A DNA stretch of 64,000 nt from Thermoanaerobaculia bacterium (GTDB lineage Bacteria > Acidobacteriota > Thermoanaerobaculia > Multivoradales > Multivoraceae). A program made the position numbers and the translations under genes. Below, in pieces: positions 38,556-48,818 of this stretch (the first letter of the stretch is position 1; each line of letters starts with the position of its first letter). The notes below the pieces were generated by a model. The model did not search any database and was not told the DNA's origin. It saw nothing but the letters and a program-made list of their open reading frames with translations. The stretch covers positions 704,001 through 768,000 of the forward strand of contig OY762911.1 of assembly GCA_963666565.1 (NCBI GenBank), read 5' to 3'.

Positions 38556-40955
38556 CTATGGCGGCTCGAAGCCGAGAACCTCGCCGTAGAAGGCGAGCTC
38601 CGCCTCCAGCGCGCGGACGATGTTCCCGGCGCGGCGAAAGCCGTGCTGCTCGCCTTCGAAGAGGTGGTAGTCGACGCGGACGCCCTTGGCGCGCAGCGCC
38701 TCGACCATCGCCTCGGCCTGGTTCGGCGGCACGATGCGGTCTTCGTCGCCCTGGAAGAAGATGACGGGGCAGGAGAAGCGGTCGCGGGCTTCGAGCGGCG
38801 AGCGCTCGCGGTAGAGGTCGGCGCGCTCCGGGTAGGGGCCGACCAGGCCGTCGAGGTAGCGGGACTCGAACTTGTGGGTGTCGCGGGCGAGGGCGGCGAG
38901 ATCGGCGACGCCGTAGTGGCTGGCGCCGGCGGCGAAGGTGTCCGTGAAGGCGAGCGCGGCGAGGGTGCTGTAGCCGCCGGCGCTGCCGCCGCGGATGAGC
39001 AGCCTGGCCGGGTCGGCCTCGCCGCGGGCGGCCAGGGCCTCGGCGGCGGCGGCGCAGTCCTCGACGTCGACGATGCCCCAGCGGCCGCGCAGCGACTCGC
39101 GGTAGGCGCTGCCGTAGCCGGTGCTGCCGCCGTAGTTCACGTCGACGACGGCGAAGCCGCGCGAGGTCCAGAACTGGACGCCGGGGTCGTGGACGTGCTC
39201 GGCGGCGGAGGTCGGGCCGCCATGGCTCATGACGATGAGCGGCGGGCGGGCGCCGGCGGGCGGCGTGACGTCGTCGTTCTTCGGCGGGTAGAAGAACGCG
39301 AACGCGCGGCGGCCGCCGGCCGACGGGAACTCGATGTGCCGGCCGGTGGAGAGATAGCGGGGGTCCGGGGCCTGGCCGGTCGTGACGAGGACGTCGAGCT
39401 CGGGCGCGGCGGGATCCGCCAGCGAGAGGCGGACGATCTCCGCCGGCCGATCCGGCGCGCCGCCGAGGAAGAAGACGGAAGGCACCCCACTGGGTGCAGC
39501 CGAGCGGCCACTGGGTGCGCGGGTCTCCTGACCTCCGCTGGGTGCGCGGGTCTTCCGACCCGCATCCGTCCCACTGGGTGCGCGGGTCTTCCGACCCGCA
39601 TCCGCCCCGCTGGGTGCGCGGGTCTTCCGACCCGCATCCGCCCCGCTGGGTGCGCGGGTCTTCCGACCCGCATCCGCCCCACTGGGTGCGCGGGTCTTCC
39701 GACCCGCATCCGCCCCACTGGGTGCGCGGGTCTTCCGACCCGCATCCGCCCCACTGGGTGCGCGGGTCTTCTGACCCGCAACCGGCCCGGCAGAGCGCCC
39801 GATCGAAGTGTAAGGCGTCGCAATGCGGATCGGCCGCGGGGCTTCTCCGCCATCCCGTGCCTCCGGCAGGAACTCGAGCCCCCAGCCCCCCCGCTCGCAA
39901 CAGGCGGCGACGATGCCGCCCGGCACGTGCGCGTACGTGGACGTGCCGAAGACCCAGGGCGGCCGGCCGAACTCGGCGTCGCGGGGGCAGAGCGGCTCGA
40001 CCTTCGCCGATGCGGCACGGTACAGGTTCCACCAGCCGCCGCGGTCGGAGACGAAGACGAGGCGGCCGCGGGAGTCGAAGCTCGGCTGCTGGACGGCCTC
40101 GGGCCGGTCCGGGTCGCCGCCGGCGACGACGCGCGCCGCCTGGGGCAGACCGTCCTCGTCCAGGTCGGCCAGATGGAGCGTCGTCGTGTCCCACGGCATG
40201 TCGGGGTGGTTCCAGCTCAGCCAGGCGAGGCGGTTGCCGCCTGGCGAGAGGCGCGGCGAGCTGAAGAAGTCCGCGCCGGAGACGAGTGCGACGGGGCGCG
40301 GAGGCTCGACGGCACCGGGCGATTCGACGGCGCCGGGCGGCTCGATGACACCGGACAGATCCGCCGGCAAGGCGATCGCGACCAGGGAAGCGACTTCGTC
40401 GCCGCCGTCCGGGCCGGGGCGTTCCTGGACCGCGATCAGGCGGTGGCGGTGACTGTCGAAGACGAGATCGGCGTAGCGGGCGCCGTCGGCCGGGGTCAGG
40501 GGGACGGCGGCGTCCGCGGCACTCGCTCCAGCGGCGGTGAGGTAAACGCGCTGATCGGCGAAGTTGACGAAGGCGTGGAGGAGCGGCTCGGGCTCGCCGC
40601 TTCGCGGCGTCGCGCTCGATGCGGGCCAGAAGGCCCGCGCACCGACCCGTGTGGCGCCGGCAGTCGATGCGGCGGCGCCGAGCAGGCAGAAGGCGCCGCC
40701 GCCGTATTCGTGGACGCGGCTGCGCACGTCGAAGCCCTCGGGCGTCAGCGTGCGGACGCCGCCGTCCGGGTCGCGGCAGACGAGGACGTTGCGGCCGCCC
40801 TCCTCGGGCCGCCGCTCCAGCCAGCAGACGAACTCGCCCAGCACGGCGAGGTCGTCGATGCGGCGGCCGCCTTCCGCGACGGACCGCGCCGAGATCGGCG
40901 ACGGCCAGGCGCCGTAGGGGACGGCGGCGGCGCCGCGTGGTGGATCGTCAGCCAT
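38556..40955 (-). CDS. S9 family (prolyl oligopeptidase/acylaminoacyl) peptidase with an in-frame REP array
   Basis: PYGAWPSP, VHEYGGG, HGGPT, NYGGSTGYG, GGSAGG nucleophile, QGDED, EQHGF. Confidence 0.9.
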   Translation of the reverse strand: MADDPPRGAAAVPYGAWPSPISARSVAEGGRRIDDLAVLGEFVCWLERRPEEGGRNVLVCRDPDGGVRTLTPEGFDVRSRVHEYGGGAFCLLGAAASTAGATRVGARAFWPASSATPRSGEPEPLLHAFVNFADQRVYLTAAGASAADAAVPLTPADGARYADLVFDSHRHRLIAVQERPGPDGGDEVASLVAIALPADLSGVIEPPGAVESPGAVEPPRPVALVSGADFFSSPRLSPGGNRLAWLSWNHPDMPWDTTTLHLADLDEDGLPQAARVVAGGDPDRPEAVQQPSFDSRGRLVFVSDRGGWWNLYRAASAKVEPLCPRDAEFGRPPWVFGTSTYAHVPGGIVAACCERGGWGLEFLPEARDGGEAPRPIRIATPYTSIGRSAGPVAGQKTRAPSGADAGRKTRAPSGADAGRKTRAPSGADAGRKTRAPSGADAGRKTRAPSGADAGRKTRAPSGTDAGRKTRAPSGGQETRAPSGRSAAPSGVPSVFFLGGAPDRPAEIVRLSLADPAAPELDVLVTTGQAPDPRYLSTGRHIEFPSAGGRRAFAFFYPPKNDDVTPPAGARPPLIVMSHGGPTSAAEHVHDPGVQFWTSRGFAVVDVNYGGSTGYGSAYRESLRGRWGIVDVEDCAAAAEALAARGEADPARLLIRGGSAGGYSTLAALAFTDTFAAGASHYGVADLAALARDTHKFESRYLDGLVGPYPERADLYRERSPLEARDRFSCPVIFFQGDEDRIVPPNQAEAMVEALRAKGVRVDYHLFEGEQHGFRRAGNIVRALEAELAFYGEVLGFEPP
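39490..39780. repeat. REP tandem array, 36-bp period, inside the S9 peptidase gene
   Basis: CTGGGTGCGCGGGTCTTCCGACCCGCATCCGCCCCA x about 7-8, encoding GADAGRKTRAPS. Confidence 0.95.
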
Positions 40956-41181
40956 TGGCGAAGCGTAACCGGCCCACTGGGTGCGGCTGGGTGCCGCTGG
41001 CGCCACTGGGTGCGCGGGTCTTCTGACCCGCATCGGGCAGAGGCGCGAAGCGGCGGCGCCCGGAGAAGAAGGCCGCCGGCCAAAGGCCGGCGACGATGTC
41101 CTTCGCCGCCATGCGGGTCGGAAAGACCCGCGCACCCAGCGGCACCCGGTGGCGGCGAGTTGCCTATAGTCTCGTCCACCG

Positions 41182-42930
41182 ATGACGACGCCTCAACGAA
41201 CCCTGAGCGTCTCGCGGATCGTTCTCGCCGGCCTGGCCCTCCTCGCCGGCTCGACGCTCCTCGCCGGCCCCGGCCTCGCGCAACAGGAGGATCTGCCGGC
41301 GGTCTTCTCCGAAGTCATCGACGTCCGGGTCGTGAACATCGAGGTCGTCGTCACCGACCGGGACGGCAACCGCATCCACGGCCTGAAGGCGTCCGACTTC
41401 GAGCTCCTGGTGGACGGCGAGCCGACGCCCATCGACTACTTCACCGAGATCGAGGAGGGCCGGGCGCTGGCCGCAGCGGACGGCGAGGCGGTGGCCGGCG
41501 TGCCGAACCTCGAGCCGGACGCCCCCGTGGGCACCAGCTTCCTGCTGTTCATCGACGACTTCTTCTCCGTCAAGCGCGATCGCGACCGGGTGCTCGACCG
41601 CCTGGAAGAGCAGTTCTCGCAGCTCGGCCCGGAAGACCGCGTCGCCGCCGTCTCCTTCGACGGCAAGACGGTCGACATGCTGACGACCTGGACCAACTCG
41701 CCGACCCAGTTGGCGGACGCGCTCCGCGAGGCGCGCCGGCGCAGGACGCAGGGCCTGATGCGGATCGCCGAGCTGCGCACGAACGACCAGGAACGGCGGG
41801 AGCAGACGGAACTCCGCGCCATCGCGAACCGGTTCATCGAGGAAGGCGGCGTCGAACCGCCCGAGGACGTGATGCGCAACACCCTGCGCGGCACCGAGCT
41901 GCGGTACGCGACGAACCTGGAGAGCCAGTTGGAGCGGTCCGTCCTCGCGGCCGTGGCGACGCTGCGCAGCTTCGCCAACCGCCCGGGCCGCAAGGTAATG
42001 CTCCTGCTCGCCGGCGGCTGGCCCGAATCGCCGGCGCTCTACACCGTCGCCAGCGGCGGCCTGAGCGCCGACAATCTCGGCGCCGCGTCCGACTCCCGGC
42101 TGATGAGCCACCGCACTCTGTTCGGCCCCCTCGTCTCGGCCGCGAACCTGATCGGCTACACGCTCTATCCGGTCGACGTGCCGGGATTCCGCCCGGCGTT
42201 CACCCTGGACGCGTCGGCCAGCCTCGACAGCAACGCGGCGTCCGACCCGTCCGCGGGCGCCGGGGCGTTCCAGGAGCGGGAGCTGCTGCAGCACACCACC
42301 CTCCAGCATCTGGCCAGGTCGACCGGCGGGCTGGCGATGATCAACGCCGAGCGCGACAGCGCATTCGCCGACGCGATCGCCGACACCCGCTCGTACTACT
42401 GGCTCGGCTTCCAGCCGCAGCGGCGCGAGGACGACGAGGTCCACGAGATCGAGGTGCGGCTCGTCGACCATCCCGACTACCGGGTGCGCTCGCGCGAGGG
42501 CTACGTCGACATGTCGCGCGCGACCGAAGTGACCATGATGGTGGAGGGTTCGCTGCTGTTCGGGAACCCGCCATCCGCCAAGCCGCTCGGCGTGCGCTTC
42601 GGCAAGCCGGAGCGGCGCCGCCTGGGCAAGATGGTCGTCCCGGTCGAGGTGGCGATCCCGCTGGACGAGGTGCAGCTTCTGCCTGTCGCCGGCATGTGGC
42701 AGAACGAACTGGAGTTCCGGGTTACGGTGATGGACAAGCACGGCAACCGCTCGGAAACCCCGGTCGAGAAGATCCGGATCGCCGGCCCGCAGGAACCGCA
42801 GCCGGGGCAGTACTTCACCTACCAGACCGGGCTCGAACTGCGGCGGCGAGAGCACACGTTCGTCATCGCCGTCTACGACCCCCTGACCGGCGCGATCCTG
42901 TCGTCGCAGGGCGAGATCGGGGTGCGGTAG
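41182..42930 (+). CDS. Secreted VWFA-related (Acidobacterial-type) VWA protein
   Basis: Signal peptide; EVIDVRVVNIEVVVTDRDG..GL..DF; PGRKVMLL; TGG; SYYWLGF; VRSREGY. Confidence 0.8.
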   Translation: MTTPQRTLSVSRIVLAGLALLAGSTLLAGPGLAQQEDLPAVFSEVIDVRVVNIEVVVTDRDGNRIHGLKASDFELLVDGEPTPIDYFTEIEEGRALAAADGEAVAGVPNLEPDAPVGTSFLLFIDDFFSVKRDRDRVLDRLEEQFSQLGPEDRVAAVSFDGKTVDMLTTWTNSPTQLADALREARRRRTQGLMRIAELRTNDQERREQTELRAIANRFIEEGGVEPPEDVMRNTLRGTELRYATNLESQLERSVLAAVATLRSFANRPGRKVMLLLAGGWPESPALYTVASGGLSADNLGAASDSRLMSHRTLFGPLVSAANLIGYTLYPVDVPGFRPAFTLDASASLDSNAASDPSAGAGAFQERELLQHTTLQHLARSTGGLAMINAERDSAFADAIADTRSYYWLGFQPQRREDDEVHEIEVRLVDHPDYRVRSREGYVDMSRATEVTMMVEGSLLFGNPPSAKPLGVRFGKPERRRLGKMVVPVEVAIPLDEVQLLPVAGMWQNELEFRVTVMDKHGNRSETPVEKIRIAGPQEPQPGQYFTYQTGLELRRREHTFVIAVYDPLTGAILSSQGEIGVR

Positions 42931-42949
42931 CCCACCGGTTGCGCACCGG

Positions 42950-43246
42950 GTGCGCCGCTGGGTGCGCGGGTCTTCCTGACCCGCATCCGGGCGCTGGGTG
43001 CGCGGGTCTTCTGACCCGCATCCGGGCGCTGGGTGCGCGCTGGGTGCGCGCTGGGTGCGCGCTGGGTGCGCGCTGGGTGCGCGCTGGGTGCGCGCTGGGT
43101 GCGCGCTGGGTGCGCGGGTCTTCTGACCCGCATTCCGCCGTAGGCGGCGAACAGCATCGTCGCCGGCCTTTGGCCGGCGGCCTTTTTCTCTGGGCTCCGC
43201 CGCTTCGCGGCTTCGCCCGATGCGGGTCAGAAGACCCGCGCACCCG
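42950..43246. repeat. REP cluster with an 11-bp GCTGGGTGCGC tandem expansion
   Basis: About 8 copies of the REP 5' 11-mer at 43028-43115, between full REPs. Confidence 0.9.
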
Positions 43247-43247
43247 G

Positions 43248-44453
43248 TCACCGCAGCAGGAACGCCGCCGCGACCGCGGCCGCCAGCACCACCGCAAGCA
43301 GCGGCGGCAGCAACACGCGCCACAGCGGCGGCGCGGGCCGTTCGCGGGCGAGCCGCCGCCGGCGGTCGTTCAGGCTCTCGATCGCCGACTGCCACTCCCC
43401 CTTCGCCGGGCTCGCCGCTGAGCGGTCGCCGGCGACCGCCGTCTTCCGGGCGCGCGCCCGCGAGACGCTGTCCTCCGCGGGCCGCACCCGCGGCCGGAGG
43501 TCCTCCCTCGCCTTCCGCAGCCGGGCGACGACGTCGTCGAGAGCCGCCCGCCGCCGGTCCGGGTCGCGGTCGAGCGCGGCCGCGAACACCGGTTCGAACG
43601 CCTCGGGCGCGCTGCCGGGGAGCGTGCCCGTCAGGTCCACGGCCTGGATGCCGATCGCCCGGCGCATCGCGTCGTAGGTGTTGGCGATGAACGGCAACTC
43701 GCCGGTCACGAGTTCGTAGAGCACGACGCCGAGGGTCCAGACGTCGTCCGCGGTCGTGAAAGGGACGGGGTCGCCCGTGACCGCGGCCGCCGCGCCCTCG
43801 ATCTGCTCCGGCGAGAGATAGGCCGCCGTCCAAAGGCTGGGCGACTCCACCGCCTCGCTCGCGACCGCCAGGGTCACCGGCCCCAGGCTCGACGCCGCCA
43901 GGAGCTTCGCGTCTCCGCCTTGCAGCAGTTGGACGTTTGCCGGCCGCAGACTGCCGTGGACGGCGCCGGACCGGTGCAGCTCGCGGAGCGCCCGCGCGAC
44001 GGCGAGGCCGATGCCGGCCGCCTCGCCGGCGCCGAGCGGCGAGCGCTGGAGCCGCTGCCGCAACGTCTCGCCGCCGCCGAGCGCCCAAGCAAGGTGCGCC
44101 GGCGGCTCGAACGACCAGTCGACCAGCGGCGTCAGGGCCGAGTCGCCCGCCGGGGCGTCCCGGACGACCGCCTCGTTGCGGTCCACCGCCGCCTCGACCT
44201 CCGTTCGCGGCGCGTCCTTCGGGTAGCGCTGGACCAGCACCCAGAACCGGGCGGCGATGTCCTGCGCCCGATGCAGCGGCAGCGGCAACTCCCCCGGCAG
44301 GCAGTGGAGCGGGTTCTGCACCCGAAACCGCGAGACGATGTCGCCGGCCTTCACGGTTGGCGATGTTGGCACGAAGCCGCGGCGCCGGCTCGCCGGTCCC
44401 GCGCAGTCTCCGCCCCGTGGGTCGGCGGCGGCGCTCGTGGAACCGCCGGGCAA
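43248..44453 (-). CDS. Ser/Thr kinase-like protein with C-terminal TM (possible pseudokinase)
   Basis: LHRSGAVHGSLRPANV, AYLSPEQ, DVWTLGVVLYELVTGELPF; HRD and DFG motifs degenerate. Confidence 0.72.
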   Translation of the reverse strand: MPGGSTSAAADPRGGDCAGPASRRRGFVPTSPTVKAGDIVSRFRVQNPLHCLPGELPLPLHRAQDIAARFWVLVQRYPKDAPRTEVEAAVDRNEAVVRDAPAGDSALTPLVDWSFEPPAHLAWALGGGETLRQRLQRSPLGAGEAAGIGLAVARALRELHRSGAVHGSLRPANVQLLQGGDAKLLAASSLGPVTLAVASEAVESPSLWTAAYLSPEQIEGAAAAVTGDPVPFTTADDVWTLGVVLYELVTGELPFIANTYDAMRRAIGIQAVDLTGTLPGSAPEAFEPVFAAALDRDPDRRRAALDDVVARLRKAREDLRPRVRPAEDSVSRARARKTAVAGDRSAASPAKGEWQSAIESLNDRRRRLARERPAPPLWRVLLPPLLAVVLAAAVAAAFLLR

Positions 44454-44572
44454 GGCGCTTGGACTCGCTTCCGCCCGTCGGGCCGGCGCGTTTGCCCGAC
44501 CGGCGCCGTGTTGTGCTAGCCTGACTCTCGATCCCGATCCCGAACCGCATCCCCAGCAACGGAGGACTCAGC

Positions 44573-44917
44573 ATGAAGAAGGCACTGTTTGTTGCTCTGG
44601 CTCTCTCGCTCGCGCTCGGCGCTCCGGCGCTCGCCGGCGATACCTGGACCGGCGAGGTCCTCGACATGGTCTGCTTCGGCAACGGCCAGAAGGGCGCCGG
44701 GCATGCGAGTTGCGCCGCCAAGTGTCTTGGCGACGGCAACGAGATGGGTCTGCTCGTGGGCGACGACGTCGTCAAGATCGACCGCGCCGGCTCCGACGCC
44801 GCCGCGATCAAGACCCTCGAAGGTCTCGGCGGCAAGGCCGCCAAGGTCACCGGGACGTCGATGACGGCCGACGACGGCACCGTCACCGTGAAGGTCTCGG
44901 CCGCCGAAGCCGCCTGA
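44573..44917 (+). CDS. Small secreted Cys/His-containing protein
   Basis: GGAGG RBS; signal peptide; GEVLDMVC...HASCAAKC; KVTG. Confidence 0.8.
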   Translation: MKKALFVALALSLALGAPALAGDTWTGEVLDMVCFGNGQKGAGHASCAAKCLGDGNEMGLLVGDDVVKIDRAGSDAAAIKTLEGLGGKAAKVTGTSMTADDGTVTVKVSAAEAA

Positions 44918-44942
44918 ATCGCCGCACAGCGGCGGATTCCTG

Positions 44943-44968
44943 AAAGCGGGCCGCAAGGCCCGCTTTCT
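44943..44968 (+). terminator. Rho-independent terminator
   Basis: AAAGCGGGCC-GCAA-GGCCCGCTTT followed by CTT. Confidence 0.7.
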
Positions 44969-45117
44969 TCGTTCAGGGGTGGGTGTGTGTGGCCGCCGGG
45001 TGCCGCACTGGGTGCCGCTGGGCGCCACTGGGTGCGCGGCGGGGGCACCCGGTGCGGAAACTCATGGACGCTCCGGCCTCCCCGTCCGTACCTTCCTTCA
45101 GCAGCCGGAGCAAACGA

Positions 45118-45858
45118 ATGAACGACGCGAACCACGAACCGGACGAACCCACGCCGCTCGGCTGGCACTGGAGGGGCTACCACCCCCACCTGGACGACCC
45201 GAGCCGGCTCCAGAGCGTCGGATTCCGGCTCGCGGACAGCGTGCCGCAACATCTCCTGAAACGTTGGCGCGAGGAAGCCGAAGGGTCCAGCGACAAGGTC
45301 CGCGCCGCGAAGGTCCACCGCCTGGTCAGCGAATTCGAGGACACGGGCTACGGCGCTTGCCACCTGCGCCAGCCGGCGATCGCCTCGGTGGTCCAGGACG
45401 CGCTCCTCTACGGCGACGGCGACGCCTATCGACTCCTCGAGTGGTGCGTCATGCCGAACCACATCCACGCCCTGCTGGAGCCGCGGCGGCCGCTCCCTGG
45501 CATCGTGCGGGCGTGGAAGGCGATCACCGCGCGCCGGGCCAACCGGATCCTGCACCGCAAGGGCCGCTTCTGGATGGTCGACTACTACGACCGGTTCATC
45601 CGCAACCGCCGGCACCTCGAAACCGTGCGACGCTACATCCAGCACAACCCCGTCGGCGCCGGCCTGTGCCGCGCGCCGCACGACTGGCCATGGTCGTCCG
45701 CCCACCAGCGCTGGGTGCGCGGGTCTTCCGACCCACACTGGGTGCGCGGGTCTTCCGACCCGCATCCGGTACGCGGGTCTTCTGACCCGCATCCGGTACG
45801 CGGGTCTTCTGACCCGCATCGGGCGACGTCGCGAAGCGGCGCAGACCGGAAGAAGTAG
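45118..45858 (+). CDS. REP-associated tyrosine transposase (RAYT, Y1 HUH family)
   Basis: RGYHPHLD, FRLADSVP, WCVMPNHIH (HUH), FWMVDYYDRFIR, YIQHNPV, WPWSSA; flanked by REPs and reads through four of them. Confidence 0.88.
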   Translation: MNDANHEPDEPTPLGWHWRGYHPHLDDPSRLQSVGFRLADSVPQHLLKRWREEAEGSSDKVRAAKVHRLVSEFEDTGYGACHLRQPAIASVVQDALLYGDGDAYRLLEWCVMPNHIHALLEPRRPLPGIVRAWKAITARRANRILHRKGRFWMVDYYDRFIRNRRHLETVRRYIQHNPVGAGLCRAPHDWPWSSAHQRWVRGSSDPHWVRGSSDPHPVRGSSDPHPVRGSSDPHRATSRSGADRKK

Positions 45859-45986
45859 CCGCCGGCCGAAGGCCGGCGACGATGTTGTCGGCCGCCTTCG
45901 GCGGCAAGCGGGTCAGAAGACCCGCGCACCCAGTGGCGCCCAGTGGCGCCCAGTGGGCACCCAGCCATATGCCATAGTCGCCGGCC

Positions 45987-47663
<1,677 letters not shown>

Positions 47664-47681
47664 AGTCCGCTGAGTGCCCGC

Positions 47682-47940
47682 ATCTGGGTGCGCGGGTCTT
47701 CCGACCCGCATCTGGGTGCGCGGGTCTTCCGACCCGCATCTGGGTGCGCGGGTCTTCCGACCCGCATCTGGGTGCGCGGGTCTTCTGACCCGCATCTGGG
47801 TGCGCGGGTCTTCTGACCCGCATGGCCGCCGAAGGCGGCGAACAACATCGTCGCCGGCCTTCGGCCGGCGGCCATTTCCTCCGGTCGCCGCCGCTTTGCG
47901 GCGCCGCCTAGATGCGGGTCGGAAGACCCGCGCACCCAGC
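47682..47940. repeat. REP tandem array (28-bp period x5) plus an inverted REP
   Basis: TCTGGGTGCGCGGGTCTTC(C/T)GACCCGCA repeated. Confidence 0.92.
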
Positions 47941-48251
47941 GGAGGAAGGGGTGCGTGAGTACCGTTTCGCAGTACAGTTACGCGGATGGAAAGAGGCGGC
48001 GAGCGCCCGAAGATGCACTCGCGGCCTCCGTTTTTCTATGGTGTGTGTCGTCTAGCGATCCAGGACGCCGAGTTGAGTCCTCGGAAACGCGGGTTTGAAT
48101 CCCCGTCGCACACCCCATCGGAGGGCGGCTAACCACGGAACCCGACCAGCTCTTCGGTGTTTCCTCTTGTCGCGGAGTCCACCCACTAGACGATTCCACC
48201 ACTTTTCGGGACGATCCTATACCGCCAGTCGTCCACGCGGTCAAGGTCGGT

Positions 48252-48560
48252 TCACAACTCCGCCATGATGCGCGGGATATGACTGCCCCCACGGACGTAG
48301 TCTTCACGCGGCCCCCAAAACTCCTCGTCGAGCATCTCCACGCTCTGCACACGGTCCACTCGCAACATCTTCCAGCCTTGTCCGGCACCGGACAGGCTTG
48401 GTCCACCAACTTGGTAGACGAGCGCAAGAGTGTGGGCCTTTCGGCTCCAGCCACAGGCGTGGGGCTCAACGCGCCGATAGCCGGGTGCGGTCTTGTACTC
48501 GACCCGTAACCGGCGGCGCTCTTTGATCGCCTGTGCGATCATGTCCAAGCGGCGCTTCAC
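48252..48560 (-). CDS. Stand-alone WYL domain protein
   Basis: AIKERRRLRVEY...RRVEPH...GWKMLRVDRV. Confidence 0.7.
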   Translation of the reverse strand: MKRRLDMIAQAIKERRRLRVEYKTAPGYRRVEPHACGWSRKAHTLALVYQVGGPSLSGAGQGWKMLRVDRVQSVEMLDEEFWGPREDYVRGGSHIPRIMAEL

Positions 48561-48818
48561 GGTTGGCCCGATCGTGTGTCAGTTGGCCGAACTTCGTCGG
48601 CAAGACGCTCCAATTCGGCGAGATTGTGGGCGTCGGCGAGAATGTCGCGCAACGGTGGAAGTCTAGCACCTTCCTGGTGTTGGCGGCTATCGTCTCGGGG
48701 TGGCATCCGGATGAGAATAGCCGCCGGCCGAAGGCCGGCGACGATGTTGTCCGCCGCCTACGGCGGCAAGCGGGTCAGAAAGACCCGCGCACCCAGCGGG
48801 CACCCAGCGCGCCGCCGG

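Noticed and set aside
39490-39780. CRISPR array (regular 36-bp palindromic repeats; also 21960, 47682, 50017 and 53420)
   Set aside because: The units are head-to-tail with identical or near-identical linkers, there are no unique spacers and no cas genes, and the same motif is dispersed throughout the window as a REP.
38643-45819. Very long ORFs (1592 aa +, 1551 aa -) and many other Arg/Pro/Gly-rich ORFs
   Set aside because: They are shadow frames of real genes in high-GC DNA; the REP is open in most frames, which lengthens them further.
45118-45858. IS200/IS605 element with TnpB
   Set aside because: There is no tnpB and no distinct IS ends; the motifs and REP flanks fit a RAYT.
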